Source: a virus. Taken from it: DNA of 64,000 bases. The notes under the pieces were generated by a model that saw nothing but the letters and a program-made list of their open reading frames with translations, was not told the origin of the DNA and did no database searches. This document shows positions 29,052 to 38,339 of this stretch, one piece after another. The translations under genes and the position numbers were made by a program. Each line of letters opens with the position of its first letter. The stretch's first letter is position 1. The stretch covers positions 12,476 to 76,475 of the IMG/VR virus record IMGVR_UViG_3300002131_000176; one strand, given 5' to 3'.

Positions 29052-29788
29052 TGGCTTATATTGGATCTTCCGCTGCACTAATACCGGTTGCGTTCTCTGC
29101 GGTTAATTCTCAAGCATTTAATGGGGATGATTCATCAGTTAGTTTTACATTGAATCGTGCTGTATTAACAAAGCAACTTGAGGTGATAGTTAATAATGTC
29201 CAACAATCACCCTATGATGGTTCATACGCTGTATCTAGTACAACACTAACGTTTTCAGAAGCACCATCCACAGGTACTGCAAATATCTATGTTAATTATA
29301 GAGACCAATCCGTAGGTACTATTATTGACGAAACTGCTTATAGAAAAGGTGAAGTCGATTCACTACTAGGCACTATTGATTTGTCAAGCCGTGTAGCAAA
29401 AACTGGCGACACTATGTCAGGCACACTAATCATTAATGGTGAACTCTTTGTAAACAGCAATGAGATTAACCTTGATGATTTGCAAAGCCTGAGTTGGGGT
29501 GATGGATCTGTACAGGTAAGGGGTAATGGTACAGCAGAAACTCTGGAGTTAAGAACCAGTGCAGCAACACGACTTTATATCACACCCACTGGTGATATTG
29601 GTATGGGTACACCAACACCAGAACGAACATTGGATGTTGTGGGCCACATCTCTAACCGTGGACTTTATTTTAATCCTAATACAATTGATAGTGATGTGCT
29701 TATTGACTCGGATCGCAACGCAATGATGGTTGGTCCAGTCACTATAAATAGCACTATAACCATCAATGGTACATTTACGGTAGTATAA
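29051..29788 (+). CDS. Fibre adaptor protein (MAYIG N-terminus; C-terminal NAM-x-x-GP docking domain)
   Basis: FNGDDSSVSFTL, VNNVQQSP, TFSEAP, NAMMVGPVTI...FTVV. Confidence 0.7.
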   Translation: MAYIGSSAALIPVAFSAVNSQAFNGDDSSVSFTLNRAVLTKQLEVIVNNVQQSPYDGSYAVSSTTLTFSEAPSTGTANIYVNYRDQSVGTIIDETAYRKGEVDSLLGTIDLSSRVAKTGDTMSGTLIINGELFVNSNEINLDDLQSLSWGDGSVQVRGNGTAETLELRTSAATRLYITPTGDIGMGTPTPERTLDVVGHISNRGLYFNPNTIDSDVLIDSDRNAMMVGPVTINSTITINGTFTVV

Positions 29789-29794
29789 GAATAT

Positions 29795-30388
29795 ATGGCA
29801 AGTGAAATAACAGTACAAACAATCAGGGGACCGGCCTCTGGTACAAATGCAAATAAAATTTTAATTCCTGCCGGCCAGACACTTGATGCAAGTAGTGGGT
29901 TTATTCCTCCAGCTGGTGGTGTGTTGCAGGTAGTGCAAACGGTAAAGTCCGACACATTTTCTACCACTAATAGTTCGTTCGTTGAAATTTCTGGGTACAG
30001 TGTTACGCTTACACCTTCTTCGGTGGCAAGCAAAGTTATGGTGGAAGTGTGCCTTCATATTGGCGAAAACACAGACGCGTTTCCAGTTTTTAGAATGTAC
30101 CGCAACGGCACAGAACTTCAAATTGCTTCGCCTATTAGCCCTGGTACTTCTGGAATGTTCGGTAAAACAACAACAGGCAACGACGCCCGCGACCAGTATT
30201 TACTAGAGCCAGTAAACTTCAAGTTTTTAGACTCACCAAACACAACAGACGCTGTTACATACACTATTCGCGTTAGGGCTATGGGCTCTACATCTAGAAC
30301 AATTTTTGTGAACAGGTCACAGACTATTGGCGACGCAAACCAATACACTGTAATTTCAACATTTACTGCCACGGAGATTGCAGGATGA
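29795..30388 (+). CDS. Fibre tip/adhesin-like protein (QVVQ domain), paralog 1
   Basis: GGVLQVVQ...TPSSVASKV...FLDSPNTT...TATEIAG. Confidence 0.65.
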   Translation: MASEITVQTIRGPASGTNANKILIPAGQTLDASSGFIPPAGGVLQVVQTVKSDTFSTTNSSFVEISGYSVTLTPSSVASKVMVEVCLHIGENTDAFPVFRMYRNGTELQIASPISPGTSGMFGKTTTGNDARDQYLLEPVNFKFLDSPNTTDAVTYTIRVRAMGSTSRTIFVNRSQTIGDANQYTVISTFTATEIAG

Positions 30389-30957
30389 GTATCGCATATG
30401 TAAATCAAATTCTCCCAAAGGATGGTTCACAGGTTTCCATACCCAACTTCGCTCCTATTGCTGGTAGTGTGATTCAGGTAGTGCAAGCAGTTAAAACAGA
30501 TTCTATGGCTGCGTCTCCTGGAGCTCTTTGGGCTGATGTACCCGGTCAGGGTGGTGTAGGGGCGTTTAGTGCGACTATTACGCCATCATCTACATCAAGC
30601 AGAATACTAATTATTGTTGATATGAAAGGCGCTGGAACAACGGATTCTAGCGTTATACGTTCAAGACTTTTAAGAAACTCAACTCCAATTTATATTGGTG
30701 ATGCCGCAAGTAATCGTCCTCAAGCTATGGGTCAGTTTTATATGGCATCGCCCGCAGGATCTTTTTATATTGCACAACTTGGGGGTACTTTTTTGGATTC
30801 TCCAGCAACTACTTCTGCTGTTACATATAAAGTTCAATTTGGTGCTGATGGAAATACTCAAACAGTTTATGTAAACAGAACTCAAGGTGATAGAGATGCT
30901 AACGTTTACGACTCAAGAGTAGCAGCAACTATTACAGTTATGGAGATCGCAGGATGA
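30385..30957 (+). CDS. Fibre tip/adhesin-like protein (QVVQ domain), paralog 2
   Basis: GSVIQVVQ...TPSSTSSRI...FLDSPATT...TVMEIAG; ATGA-coupled. Confidence 0.65.
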   Translation: MSIAYVNQILPKDGSQVSIPNFAPIAGSVIQVVQAVKTDSMAASPGALWADVPGQGGVGAFSATITPSSTSSRILIIVDMKGAGTTDSSVIRSRLLRNSTPIYIGDAASNRPQAMGQFYMASPAGSFYIAQLGGTFLDSPATTSAVTYKVQFGADGNTQTVYVNRTQGDRDANVYDSRVAATITVMEIAG

Positions 30958-31472
30958 CCAGTATAATTAAAGTTGATGCCATCCAAATGAGTAATGGCGA
31001 TACTCCATCTATATCTGATATGGGGTTCTCTCCTCTTGAACGAGCAGATATACCAGTGTCAGCAACTTATCAAACACAATGTGCAGCACGTACCTCTACA
31101 CAGTCATTGTCAGGTGATTCTGGGTGGGTAGATCATTTATCTTCAACATTTACAGTAACCAAAGATAATACTGCAGTACTTTTTTTATATAGTTCTGCTT
31201 CCAGTTATGAATCTGGAACTGTTCAGGGATTTGCCAGACTATTATTAGATGATGTTATGATAGGATATAACTCATGTGTAGCTAAACAAAGTACAGCAAA
31301 TTCAGCTGGTGCTGGAACAGTGCAGTGGGATTCTCAAACCGTATCTGCGGGTACACATACGGTTAAAGTTCAGCTACGAAATACTCAAGCCGGTACACAG
31401 TGGCAAACACCTTACTTTACGGCCGATTCCCAAACTGCAAATACTTTGTCAATCTTATTTTACGGAAAATAA
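30954..31472 (+). CDS. Fibre tip/adhesin-like protein, divergent C-domain
   Basis: MTSIIKVDAIQ N-terminus like other tip genes; SAGTHTVKVQ; ATGA-coupled. Confidence 0.6.
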   Translation: MTSIIKVDAIQMSNGDTPSISDMGFSPLERADIPVSATYQTQCAARTSTQSLSGDSGWVDHLSSTFTVTKDNTAVLFLYSSASSYESGTVQGFARLLLDDVMIGYNSCVAKQSTANSAGAGTVQWDSQTVSAGTHTVKVQLRNTQAGTQWQTPYFTADSQTANTLSILFYGK

Positions 31473-31485
31473 AAGGAAATAAAAA

Positions 31486-31866
31486 ATGCTACTTTCAGAA
31501 GCACTATCTAAATTAGGCATCACAGAATGGGTACTGAATGGTGACCCAAAAACGGAAGCAGAATTTACCACTATGTTTGGTAAAGTCACTGGCACTGATG
31601 CCAATGGTTCTGCAATCATATCAAATAACTCAGCTGATTGGGGATTTACCTGGGCTGAATTAAAAGCCAAGTCTGATGAATTAGAAGCAGCGGCACCACT
31701 TCAAGCATTACGTGCTGAACGTGACCGATTGATTGCCGCAACCGATTGGTGGGCGTCATCTGACTTAACGATGACTGTGGAACAATCGGCATATCGTCAG
31801 GCGTTGCGCGATATTACAGATACATATCAATCACTCGATACAGTCGTTTGGCCTACAAAGCCTTAA
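31486..31866 (+). CDS. Tail fibre assembly chaperone-like protein
   Basis: LRAERDRLIAATDWW...YRQALRDIT...VWPTKP. Confidence 0.8.
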   Translation: MLLSEALSKLGITEWVLNGDPKTEAEFTTMFGKVTGTDANGSAIISNNSADWGFTWAELKAKSDELEAAAPLQALRAERDRLIAATDWWASSDLTMTVEQSAYRQALRDITDTYQSLDTVVWPTKP

Positions 31867-31877
31867 GGTGTAATTAA

Positions 31878-33059
31878 ATGAGTAATGCAAGAAATCTGTC
31901 AAGAATTATTACTGGTAACTTTGATGTTCCCTTGGGCGCTTTAGATAACGTACCACCGTCTAATGATGCTAGTGCGTTAACTACGGGGACTTTGCCGATT
32001 GCTCGTATTGCTGGTGGTGCAATTACTGCTGATAAAATTGGCGCTGGTGTTATTACTTCTGCGGCTGTAAGCGACCAAGCAAATACAAGTACGGGGTCTT
32101 TATCATTACCTGCGGGAACAACTGCACAACGCCCCGGCTCACCGGCGGAGGGGATGATCCGCCAAAACACCTCAAACGGCAACCCAGAGTGGTACAACGG
32201 TACTTCATGGGTATCTATAGTACCATTTAGTTATGCAGTTGAGTATCTCGTTATTGCTGGTGGCGGTGCAGGTGGTAATAACCATGCGGGTGGTGGCGGT
32301 GCAGGGGGTTATCGTTCCTCTGTTTTCGGCGAGTCATCTGGTGGTGGCGTATCTGTTGAAGCGTCTTTAACTCTTGTAACTAACACAGCGTATACAGTTA
32401 CTGTTGGTGCGGGGGGTGCTGCCGCTGGTGGGGGCACAAGCAATAATACCAATGGTGGTAATAGTGTATTCGGGTCAATAACGTCAGTAGGTGGCGGAGC
32501 AGGCGGTAATCGAAACGATTCTGCTGGCACTAGCCCCGGGCAAAACGGTGGCTCAGGCGGCGGTGGCGGCGGTGCGGTGACGTCGTTTTCGCAAAACCAT
32601 GTTGCGGGTTTGGGAACAGTCGGGCAAGGATATGCAGGTGGTACTGCTACTGACCCAAATGGCGGAGGCGGAGGCGGCGCAGGTGCTGTTGGACAACCCG
32701 GTGCTGGTGGTGGTTCTCGTGTTGGTGGTAATGGTGTAACTTCTTCTATTACTGGGTCAGCAGTAACAAGAGCAGGCGGCGGCGGTGGAAGTAGCGGTGG
32801 CGATCCTGCTGCGGCTGGCGGTTCAGGTGGTGGCGGTACGTCGGGAACTAGTAGTGGTTCTAATGGTACTGCTGGAGCAGCAAACACCGGCTCTGGAGGC
32901 GGCGGTGGCGGTGCGGGTAATACTACTGGTTCTAACGGGGGCTCAGGTGTAGCTATCATCCGTTATGCTGGCTCACAGCGTGGTACTGGCGGCACAGTCA
33001 CTTCGTCTGGCGGTTACACGATCCACACCTTCACAAGCTCAGGCACATTTACAGCATAA
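31878..33059 (+). CDS. Glycine-rich fibre/adhesin protein
   Basis: LPAGTTAQRP, VEYLVIAGGGAGG, ANTGSGGGG, GSGVAIIRY, GYTIHTFTSSGTF. Confidence 0.8.
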   Translation: MSNARNLSRIITGNFDVPLGALDNVPPSNDASALTTGTLPIARIAGGAITADKIGAGVITSAAVSDQANTSTGSLSLPAGTTAQRPGSPAEGMIRQNTSNGNPEWYNGTSWVSIVPFSYAVEYLVIAGGGAGGNNHAGGGGAGGYRSSVFGESSGGGVSVEASLTLVTNTAYTVTVGAGGAAAGGGTSNNTNGGNSVFGSITSVGGGAGGNRNDSAGTSPGQNGGSGGGGGGAVTSFSQNHVAGLGTVGQGYAGGTATDPNGGGGGGAGAVGQPGAGGGSRVGGNGVTSSITGSAVTRAGGGGGSSGGDPAAAGGSGGGGTSGTSSGSNGTAGAANTGSGGGGGGAGNTTGSNGGSGVAIIRYAGSQRGTGGTVTSSGGYTIHTFTSSGTFTA

Positions 33060-33074
33060 AGGAAAAAATTAAAC

Positions 33075-33428
33075 ATGGCACATTTTGCAAAAGTAAATAA
33101 CGGTATGGTGATACAAGTCATCGTTGCTGAACCTGAATTCTTTGATACATTCGTGGACTCAAGCCCCGGTCAATGGATTCAGACTAGCTACAACACACAC
33201 GGTGGTGTTCATACTAATGGTGGCACACCACTGCGTAAGAACTATGCTGGTGTTGGATATACTTACGATTCAGTCCGTGATGCTTTCATCCCACCAAAAC
33301 CATATGTAAGTTGGACTCTAAACGAAGACACTTGCTTATGGGATTGTCCTGCAGCATACCCCGATGATGGTAAGGTTTATGCCTGGGATGAGGATGCACA
33401 ACAATGGAATGAGGTTGTGGGTGAGTAA
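33075..33428 (+). CDS. Companion/chaperone of the Gly-rich fibre (MAHFA family)
   Basis: MAHFAKV, WIQTSYN, LRKNYAGVGYTYD, FIPPKPY.SW.LNE. Confidence 0.75.
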   Translation: MAHFAKVNNGMVIQVIVAEPEFFDTFVDSSPGQWIQTSYNTHGGVHTNGGTPLRKNYAGVGYTYDSVRDAFIPPKPYVSWTLNEDTCLWDCPAAYPDDGKVYAWDEDAQQWNEVVGE

Positions 33429-33484
33429 AGTAGCAAAGCATATTTATCATAAGCACATCTTGTTAACATAAATAAAAGAATAAT

Positions 33485-33967
33485 ATGGCACTCAGTAAAA
33501 TTATAACTGGATCACTGGCAGACTCGGCAATCACTACAAATAAAATTGCAAATCTTGGGATACATTCTGTTGATATATCAGCTGATGCTATCACTGCTGA
33601 TAAAATTGGCGCTGGTGCAGTTACTTCTGCAAAGCTGAATGATAATATTGCATTACCAGGCACTGATGCAGTAACAGTACCTAAAGGCACTGAGGCACAA
33701 CGTGGTGCTGGTGTTGCTGGTAAGTTTCGTTTTAATACTGAAACAAATGGATTTGAAGGTTATAATGGTACTGCTTGGGGTGAAGTTGGAGGTGGTGGTG
33801 GAGCGACTGGTGGTGGTGATGATGCCATATTCTACGAGAATGGCAAGACTATAACAACAAGTTATTCAATCACAGCTAATAGTAATGCAATGTCTGCTGG
33901 ACCAATTACGATTAATAGTGGTGCTTCAGTTACAATCCCAGATGGTTCACGCTGGGTTGTTATTTAA
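33485..33967 (+). CDS. Fibre adaptor protein with C-terminal NAMSAGP docking domain
   Basis: VPKGTEAQR, RFNTETNGFEGY, GGATGGGDDAIFYEN...NAMSAGPITI...RWVVI; promoter variant CATAAATA at 33467. Confidence 0.75.
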   Translation: MALSKIITGSLADSAITTNKIANLGIHSVDISADAITADKIGAGAVTSAKLNDNIALPGTDAVTVPKGTEAQRGAGVAGKFRFNTETNGFEGYNGTAWGEVGGGGGATGGGDDAIFYENGKTITTSYSITANSNAMSAGPITINSGASVTIPDGSRWVVI

Positions 33968-33976
33968 AGGATAGAT

Positions 33977-34195
33977 ATGAGTATTGTATTAAATGGAAAT
34001 GGTTACATCACAGGCGCTGCTGGCTTAGGTAAAGGAGGCAGTGAAACAAACATTGCTTTTTACGAAACTGATAACACAATCACAAGCGATTACACCATTG
34101 GCACAAACAAGAACGCTATGAGCGTGGGTGACATAACGGTTGCTACCGGTGTTACGGTTACTGTTCCAACTGGTTCTTTTTGGGTGGTTGTATGA
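33977..34195 (+). CDS. Minimal fibre adaptor (72 aa) consisting of the docking domain
   Basis: AFYETDNTITSDYTI...NAMSVGDITV...GSFWVVV. Confidence 0.7.
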   Translation: MSIVLNGNGYITGAAGLGKGGSETNIAFYETDNTITSDYTIGTNKNAMSVGDITVATGVTVTVPTGSFWVVV

Positions 34196-34554
34196 GCGGA
34201 AATATTAACTTTAACGGCTGGCTTAACGATGACGGCTCAGAGAACTACAAGTGTAGGGCTTGGGTGAACTTCAACGGCACTGGCGTTGTGGCTATAAGAG
34301 CAAGTGGGAATGTGAGTTCTATTACGGATGGAGGTGCTGCTAGGTATCGCATAAACCTATCTAGTGCAATGCCGGATGAAAACTATGTAGTTGCTGGGTC
34401 TGTTAACCCTAATGGTTCGTCGGGGTCGTATATGGGGTCTGGTGTAACTACAGTTTTAGGTGCTAATACAGCAAGCCAAGTGCAAATTGAGTTGCGAGAC
34501 TACACCAACAACTATACAGACACTGACACAGTGATGGTAGCCATCTTCCGCTAG
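34192..34554 (+). CDS. Fibre tip protein (AWVNFNG domain), paralog 1
   Basis: CRAWVNFNGTG.VAIRAS.NVSSITD; ATG at 34192 (ATGA overlap) preferred over TTG at 34180. Confidence 0.7.
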   Translation: MSGNINFNGWLNDDGSENYKCRAWVNFNGTGVVAIRASGNVSSITDGGAARYRINLSSAMPDENYVVAGSVNPNGSSGSYMGSGVTTVLGANTASQVQIELRDYTNNYTDTDTVMVAIFR

Positions 34555-34562
34555 GAGCTAAT

Positions 34563-34931
34563 ATGTCAACAATTAAAACAGAAACACTAAGCACCCCTAG
34601 CAACTCAACCGTTCCAGTAGACACAGTGGTGAACGGGACAGCAAAGGCTTGGGTGAACTTTAACGGAACAGGTGCAGTGGCTATCCGTAGGGCATTTAAT
34701 GTAGCGAGTATTACGGATAATGGGACTGGTAATTACACAGTGAACTTTACGACTGCTATGGCAGATGCAGATTACTCAGCAATTTGTAATTCTTCAAGCG
34801 GGGGAGTGACAAATACTGACACAATGGTTAATCCTTACGTCTGGAATGTGAATAGTGTGTCTTTGGGAACCAACAATAATGCTGGCACAATTGCTGACAG
34901 AATTTATATCAACGTAACCATCTTCAGCTAA
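34563..34931 (+). CDS. Fibre tip protein (AWVNFNG domain), paralog 2
   Basis: MSTIKTETL...AKAWVNFNGTG...ITDNGTGNYTVNFTTAM. Confidence 0.7.
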   Translation: MSTIKTETLSTPSNSTVPVDTVVNGTAKAWVNFNGTGAVAIRRAFNVASITDNGTGNYTVNFTTAMADADYSAICNSSSGGVTNTDTMVNPYVWNVNSVSLGTNNNAGTIADRIYINVTIFS

Positions 34932-34940
34932 AGGGTTTTT

Positions 34941-35303
34941 ATGGGTACAACAATAAGCGGAACAAATGGTGTTACCTTCCCAGATAGCACCTCAATGCAA
35001 ACAGGTCAACAGGCTTGTAAGGCGTGGGTTAACTTTAATGGCACAGGGACTGTGGCGATTAGGGCAGCCTACAATGTGAGTAGTATTACTGATAACGGAA
35101 CTGGTGACTATACGGTTAACTTTACTACGGCTATGGTGGATACAGGTTATTGTGTAACTGATGGTGATGTACTAAACCGAAATGTATCAAACGCAAAATT
35201 TGATGGAACAGGTATAAGGTCAACAACCCAACTACAGGTGTATGCATATGACGGTGCAGCGTATTCTGATTTTGCAATAATGCAGTTTTCTGTCTTCCGC
35301 TAA
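34941..35303 (+). CDS. Fibre tip protein (AWVNFNG domain), paralog 3
   Basis: ACKAWVNFNGTG...ITDNGTGDYTVNFTTAM. Confidence 0.7.
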   Translation: MGTTISGTNGVTFPDSTSMQTGQQACKAWVNFNGTGTVAIRAAYNVSSITDNGTGDYTVNFTTAMVDTGYCVTDGDVLNRNVSNAKFDGTGIRSTTQLQVYAYDGAAYSDFAIMQFSVFR

Positions 35304-35329
35304 CCAACTAATTTTTTAAGGAGTCTAAC

Positions 35330-35515
35330 ATGGACAACAAACGAGTAATTTACCCAACAGACGAAGGCGGTGTTGCTGTCATCGTTCCCGCACCCGGCGC
35401 TACACAAGAGCAGGTGCTACAGGCTGTACCAGCAGGTAAGGCTTACAAGATAGTCGATGTGGCTGATGTGCCTAGCGACCGTACATTCCGCAACGCATGG
35501 GAATACACAGCTTAA
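35330..35515 (+). CDS. Fibre chaperone-like protein, N-half
   Basis: IYPTDEGGVAVIVP...VPSDRTFRNAW; GGAG SD. Confidence 0.65.
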   Translation: MDNKRVIYPTDEGGVAVIVPAPGATQEQVLQAVPAGKAYKIVDVADVPSDRTFRNAWEYTA

Positions 35516-35524
35516 GAGATAAAT

Positions 35525-35695
35525 ATGGACTACAAAGAACTGCTTATTAAATACATAAACCATGTTGCAGATAATGAGGGTGTTACTTTCATTAAGGACA
35601 CATGGAAGGGTGATGGCTTCACTGAAGAACAGTGGGCTGAACTTATCGCGCTTGATGAACAGGCGTGGAAACAAATTAACGGAGAGACAGGATGA
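35525..35695 (+). CDS. Unannotated 56-aa hypothetical protein (MDYKELLIKYINHV...)
   Basis: Hand-translated ATG 35525 to TGA 35695, ATGA-coupled to the next gene; preferred over the overlapping minus-strand ORFs. Confidence 0.6.
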   Translation: MDYKELLIKYINHVADNEGVTFIKDTWKGDGFTEEQWAELIALDEQAWKQINGETG

Positions 35696-35919
35696 TTACA
35701 GTTAACGTAGACAAAGCAAAGGGCATTGCCCATGAAGTTCGCCGTGCCAAGCGCACTGAAGAGTTTGCACCACTGGATGTAAAGGCTACTATCCCATCTG
35801 AGGCTGTAGCGGCTGAAGAGGCACGTGCTGCCATTCGTACCAAGTATGAAGGTGTACAAACGTCTATTGATGCTGCCGCTGATGTGGACGCATTGAAAGC
35901 TATCGTCGAGGGGTTGTAA
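35692..35919 (+). CDS. Fibre chaperone-like protein, C-half
   Basis: VNVDKAKGIAHEVRR..R..EFAPLD. Confidence 0.65.
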   Translation: MITVNVDKAKGIAHEVRRAKRTEEFAPLDVKATIPSEAVAAEEARAAIRTKYEGVQTSIDAAADVDALKAIVEGL

Positions 35920-36548
35920 TGTCTAAGGTTGTTATTGCTGGGGATGCCAGCGGGACGGGAACGTTCACAATTAGTGCACCTAACGGCAATACCGACCGGA
36001 CGCTGACGCTTCCTGATGAAGCTGGGACGGTGTTGACGAGTGCGGGTGTACCTGCTAGTGCTATGCCAGCGGGGAGTGTGTTGCAGGTGGTTCAGGGTTA
36101 TCTGGGAACAACTGCTTCAGCCTCTACTAGCAACGATACAACAGTAGACACTGGACTACAAGCAAGTATTACGCCATCTAGCGCAAGCTCAAAAATATTA
36201 GTTCAATACAATGTATTTTTAGGTCAACAAGACTCATACAATATGTTTGTTCGTATTTTAAGAGATTCAACATATATAGGAAATGGAACATCAGAAGGTG
36301 GAAGACCAGTTGGGAACGCGGTTGCAAACAACTACCATTCAACTAATGATGGATATTCAGTATCTCCAACTTCAAACGTTTATTTAGACAGCCCAAACAC
36401 TACATCTAGTATAACTTATAAGATACAAATGGGCTGTTATGGTGGGAATCTTGTTTATATCAATAGATCGCATATTTTTCAAGCCTCGGCAGGAGCATAC
36501 GACACAATTCCCTTATCCACAATAACACTTATGGAGATTGCGGCATGA
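35919..36548 (+). CDS. Fibre tip/adhesin-like protein (QVVQ domain), paralog 3
   Basis: DRTLTLPDEAGTV, GSVLQVVQ, ITPSSASSKI, YLDSPNTT, TLMEIAA. Confidence 0.7.
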   Translation: MSKVVIAGDASGTGTFTISAPNGNTDRTLTLPDEAGTVLTSAGVPASAMPAGSVLQVVQGYLGTTASASTSNDTTVDTGLQASITPSSASSKILVQYNVFLGQQDSYNMFVRILRDSTYIGNGTSEGGRPVGNAVANNYHSTNDGYSVSPTSNVYLDSPNTTSSITYKIQMGCYGGNLVYINRSHIFQASAGAYDTIPLSTITLMEIAA

Positions 36549-36832
36549 TTGACAAACCAAAAGCACTTCAATCTCTACGACCCAACGCTCAGTGGGTTCT
36601 GCGTGGCGATGTTCTTGAATGGCTGGACACTGAGCAAACGCAACCAACAGAAGCCGAAATCACAGCCGAAGTTGCTCGCCTACAAGCTGAGTACGACAAC
36701 AAAGAATACCAGCGCCAACGTGCCCAAGCCTACCCATCAATTGCTGACCAGCTAGATTTAATCTACCACGAAGGCGTTGACGCTTGGAAGGCTCAGATTG
36801 CCGCAGTGAAACAGGAGTATCCAAAGCCATGA
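36545..36832 (+). CDS. Tail fibre chaperone-like protein (XkdW-like)
   Basis: ALQSLRPNAQW, YQRQRAQAYPSIADQLD, VKQEYPKP. Confidence 0.7.
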   Translation: MIDKPKALQSLRPNAQWVLRGDVLEWLDTEQTQPTEAEITAEVARLQAEYDNKEYQRQRAQAYPSIADQLDLIYHEGVDAWKAQIAAVKQEYPKP

Positions 36833-37032
36833 CATTTGAACAATGGTTTGCCTCACTAGGCGGTGGCTATTATAGCTACGAAGATTTATTCCGTGAGTGC
36901 TGGGCTAACGCTACTGAAAGCGCCGCCAAGGTTGTGGATGAAATGGCAGAGGATCAAGAAAGAGAGTACGAGCCTACGCCAGCAATTCAATGGACTTTAA
37001 ACAAAGCCGCAGAGATAAGGGCAAACAAATGA
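36829..37032 (+). CDS. 67-aa hypothetical protein (MTFEQWF...)
   Basis: ATGA overlaps at both ends; ATG 36829 preferred over the track start. Confidence 0.55.
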   Translation: MTFEQWFASLGGGYYSYEDLFRECWANATESAAKVVDEMAEDQEREYEPTPAIQWTLNKAAEIRANK

Positions 37033-38147
37033 GCACATTAGCAACAAACGCCATCACTGACGCTAGCGGTGGCAACACAGCAACCATAAACGGGCAAACG
37101 CCTACCGTGTCAAACATGGCTGGGCGCAACCGCCTGATAAATTCAGATATGCGGATTGACCAGAGGAACGCTGGGGCGAGTGTTACAAACGATAGTGCTG
37201 ATCTTAAGTTTGCTGTCGACAGGACAAACATATATGGTGCGGTTTCATCTAAGTTCACAGCCCAACAAAATGCTGGTTCTGTAACACCACCAGCTGGATT
37301 TTCAAACTATCTTGGTTGTACTTCATCCTCCGCTTACACTGTCGGTGCTAACGAAAACTTTTGGGTTCAGCAAAGAATTGAGGGCTACAATGTTGCCGAC
37401 TTGGATTGGGGAACTGCAAACGCCAAGACTGTAACGCTTTCGTTTTGGGTGCGGTCTAGTCTTACAGGAACATTTGGCGGGTCTTTTCAAAACTCAGCAT
37501 CAAACAGAAGTTATCCTTTCACATATACCATCAACACGGCAAACACTTGGGAGCAAAAGACAGTTACTGTGGTTGGAGATACCAGCGGCACATGGCTAAC
37601 AACTAATGGTGTTGGTATAAAAGTAACTTGGGGGCTTGGTATTGGTTCAACATACAGCGGTACTGCTGGCGCATGGGCTGGGGCCAACTACAACGCTCCA
37701 ACAGGCGCAGTCAGCGTAGTCGGCACAAGCGGAGCAACCTTTTACATCACAGGCGTACAACTCGAAGCGGGAAGCGTAGCGACTCCTTTTGAGCGTAGGC
37801 AGTATGGGCAGGAGTTGGCGTTGTGTCAGCGGTATTATGAGTGGGGAGCCGCTTCTGGTTCTGGTTACGCAGCGATTACAGCTATCTTTGACGCTGGCTC
37901 TACTTCTAATATTGACTTTAAAGTATCAAAAAGAGTAGTTCCAACGATGACAAATATGACTTTGTCTGGCAACCAATATCCAAATAATCAAAGCAATAGT
38001 GTGCCCCGATACGAAGGCGGATATTCGCGTGGTTTTAGATATACGACAGAACATAATACCACGTTTTGGAACGTCACTACTGGCGCTGGCGGGTCTGGAG
38101 GCCCAGCAGGACATCAAATAATTTGGAACGCTAACGCGGAGTTATAA
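37029..38147 (+). CDS. Fibre protein with carbohydrate-binding-like domain
   Basis: [54 protein letters not shown]; ATG at 37029. Confidence 0.8.
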   Translation: MSTLATNAITDASGGNTATINGQTPTVSNMAGRNRLINSDMRIDQRNAGASVTNDSADLKFAVDRTNIYGAVSSKFTAQQNAGSVTPPAGFSNYLGCTSSSAYTVGANENFWVQQRIEGYNVADLDWGTANAKTVTLSFWVRSSLTGTFGGSFQNSASNRSYPFTYTINTANTWEQKTVTVVGDTSGTWLTTNGVGIKVTWGLGIGSTYSGTAGAWAGANYNAPTGAVSVVGTSGATFYITGVQLEAGSVATPFERRQYGQELALCQRYYEWGAASGSGYAAITAIFDAGSTSNIDFKVSKRVVPTMTNMTLSGNQYPNNQSNSVPRYEGGYSRGFRYTTEHNTTFWNVTTGAGGSGGPAGHQIIWNANAEL

Positions 38148-38149
38148 AA

Positions 38150-38302
38150 ATGATTTACAAATTAACTAGTGAAAAATATGGCGCTCAGGTTCAACGGCTG
38201 TCCGACAACGCCTTTATCCCCTTCGACCCTGCCAACACAGATTACCAAGAATACCTGAAGTGGCTGGACGAGGGTAATACACCAGAACCCGCAGATGAAT
38301 GA
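38150..38302 (+). CDS. Unannotated 50-aa fibre chaperone-like protein
   Basis: Hand-translated: [28 protein letters not shown]. Confidence 0.7.
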   Translation: MIYKLTSEKYGAQVQRLSDNAFIPFDPANTDYQEYLKWLDEGNTPEPADE

Positions 38303-38306
38303 CTTA

Positions 38307-38314
38307 TATAAATA
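38307..38314 (+). promoter_or_regulatory. T4-type late promoter TATAAATA
   Basis: Exact match 25 nt before the ORF at 38340. Confidence 0.8.
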
Positions 38315-38339
38315 CTATTAAAATTAATCGGAATCAATT

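Noticed and set aside
32309-32959. Pro-rich minus-strand ORF (and similar His/Pro-rich ORFs at 39481-39690 and 40118-40357)
   Set aside because: Antisense shadows of GGN-rich glycine codons; no SD or independent motif.
29795-38302. Shufflon/invertible tail-fibre switch
   Set aside because: All cassettes are on the + strand; no inverted crossover repeats or recombinase gene seen.
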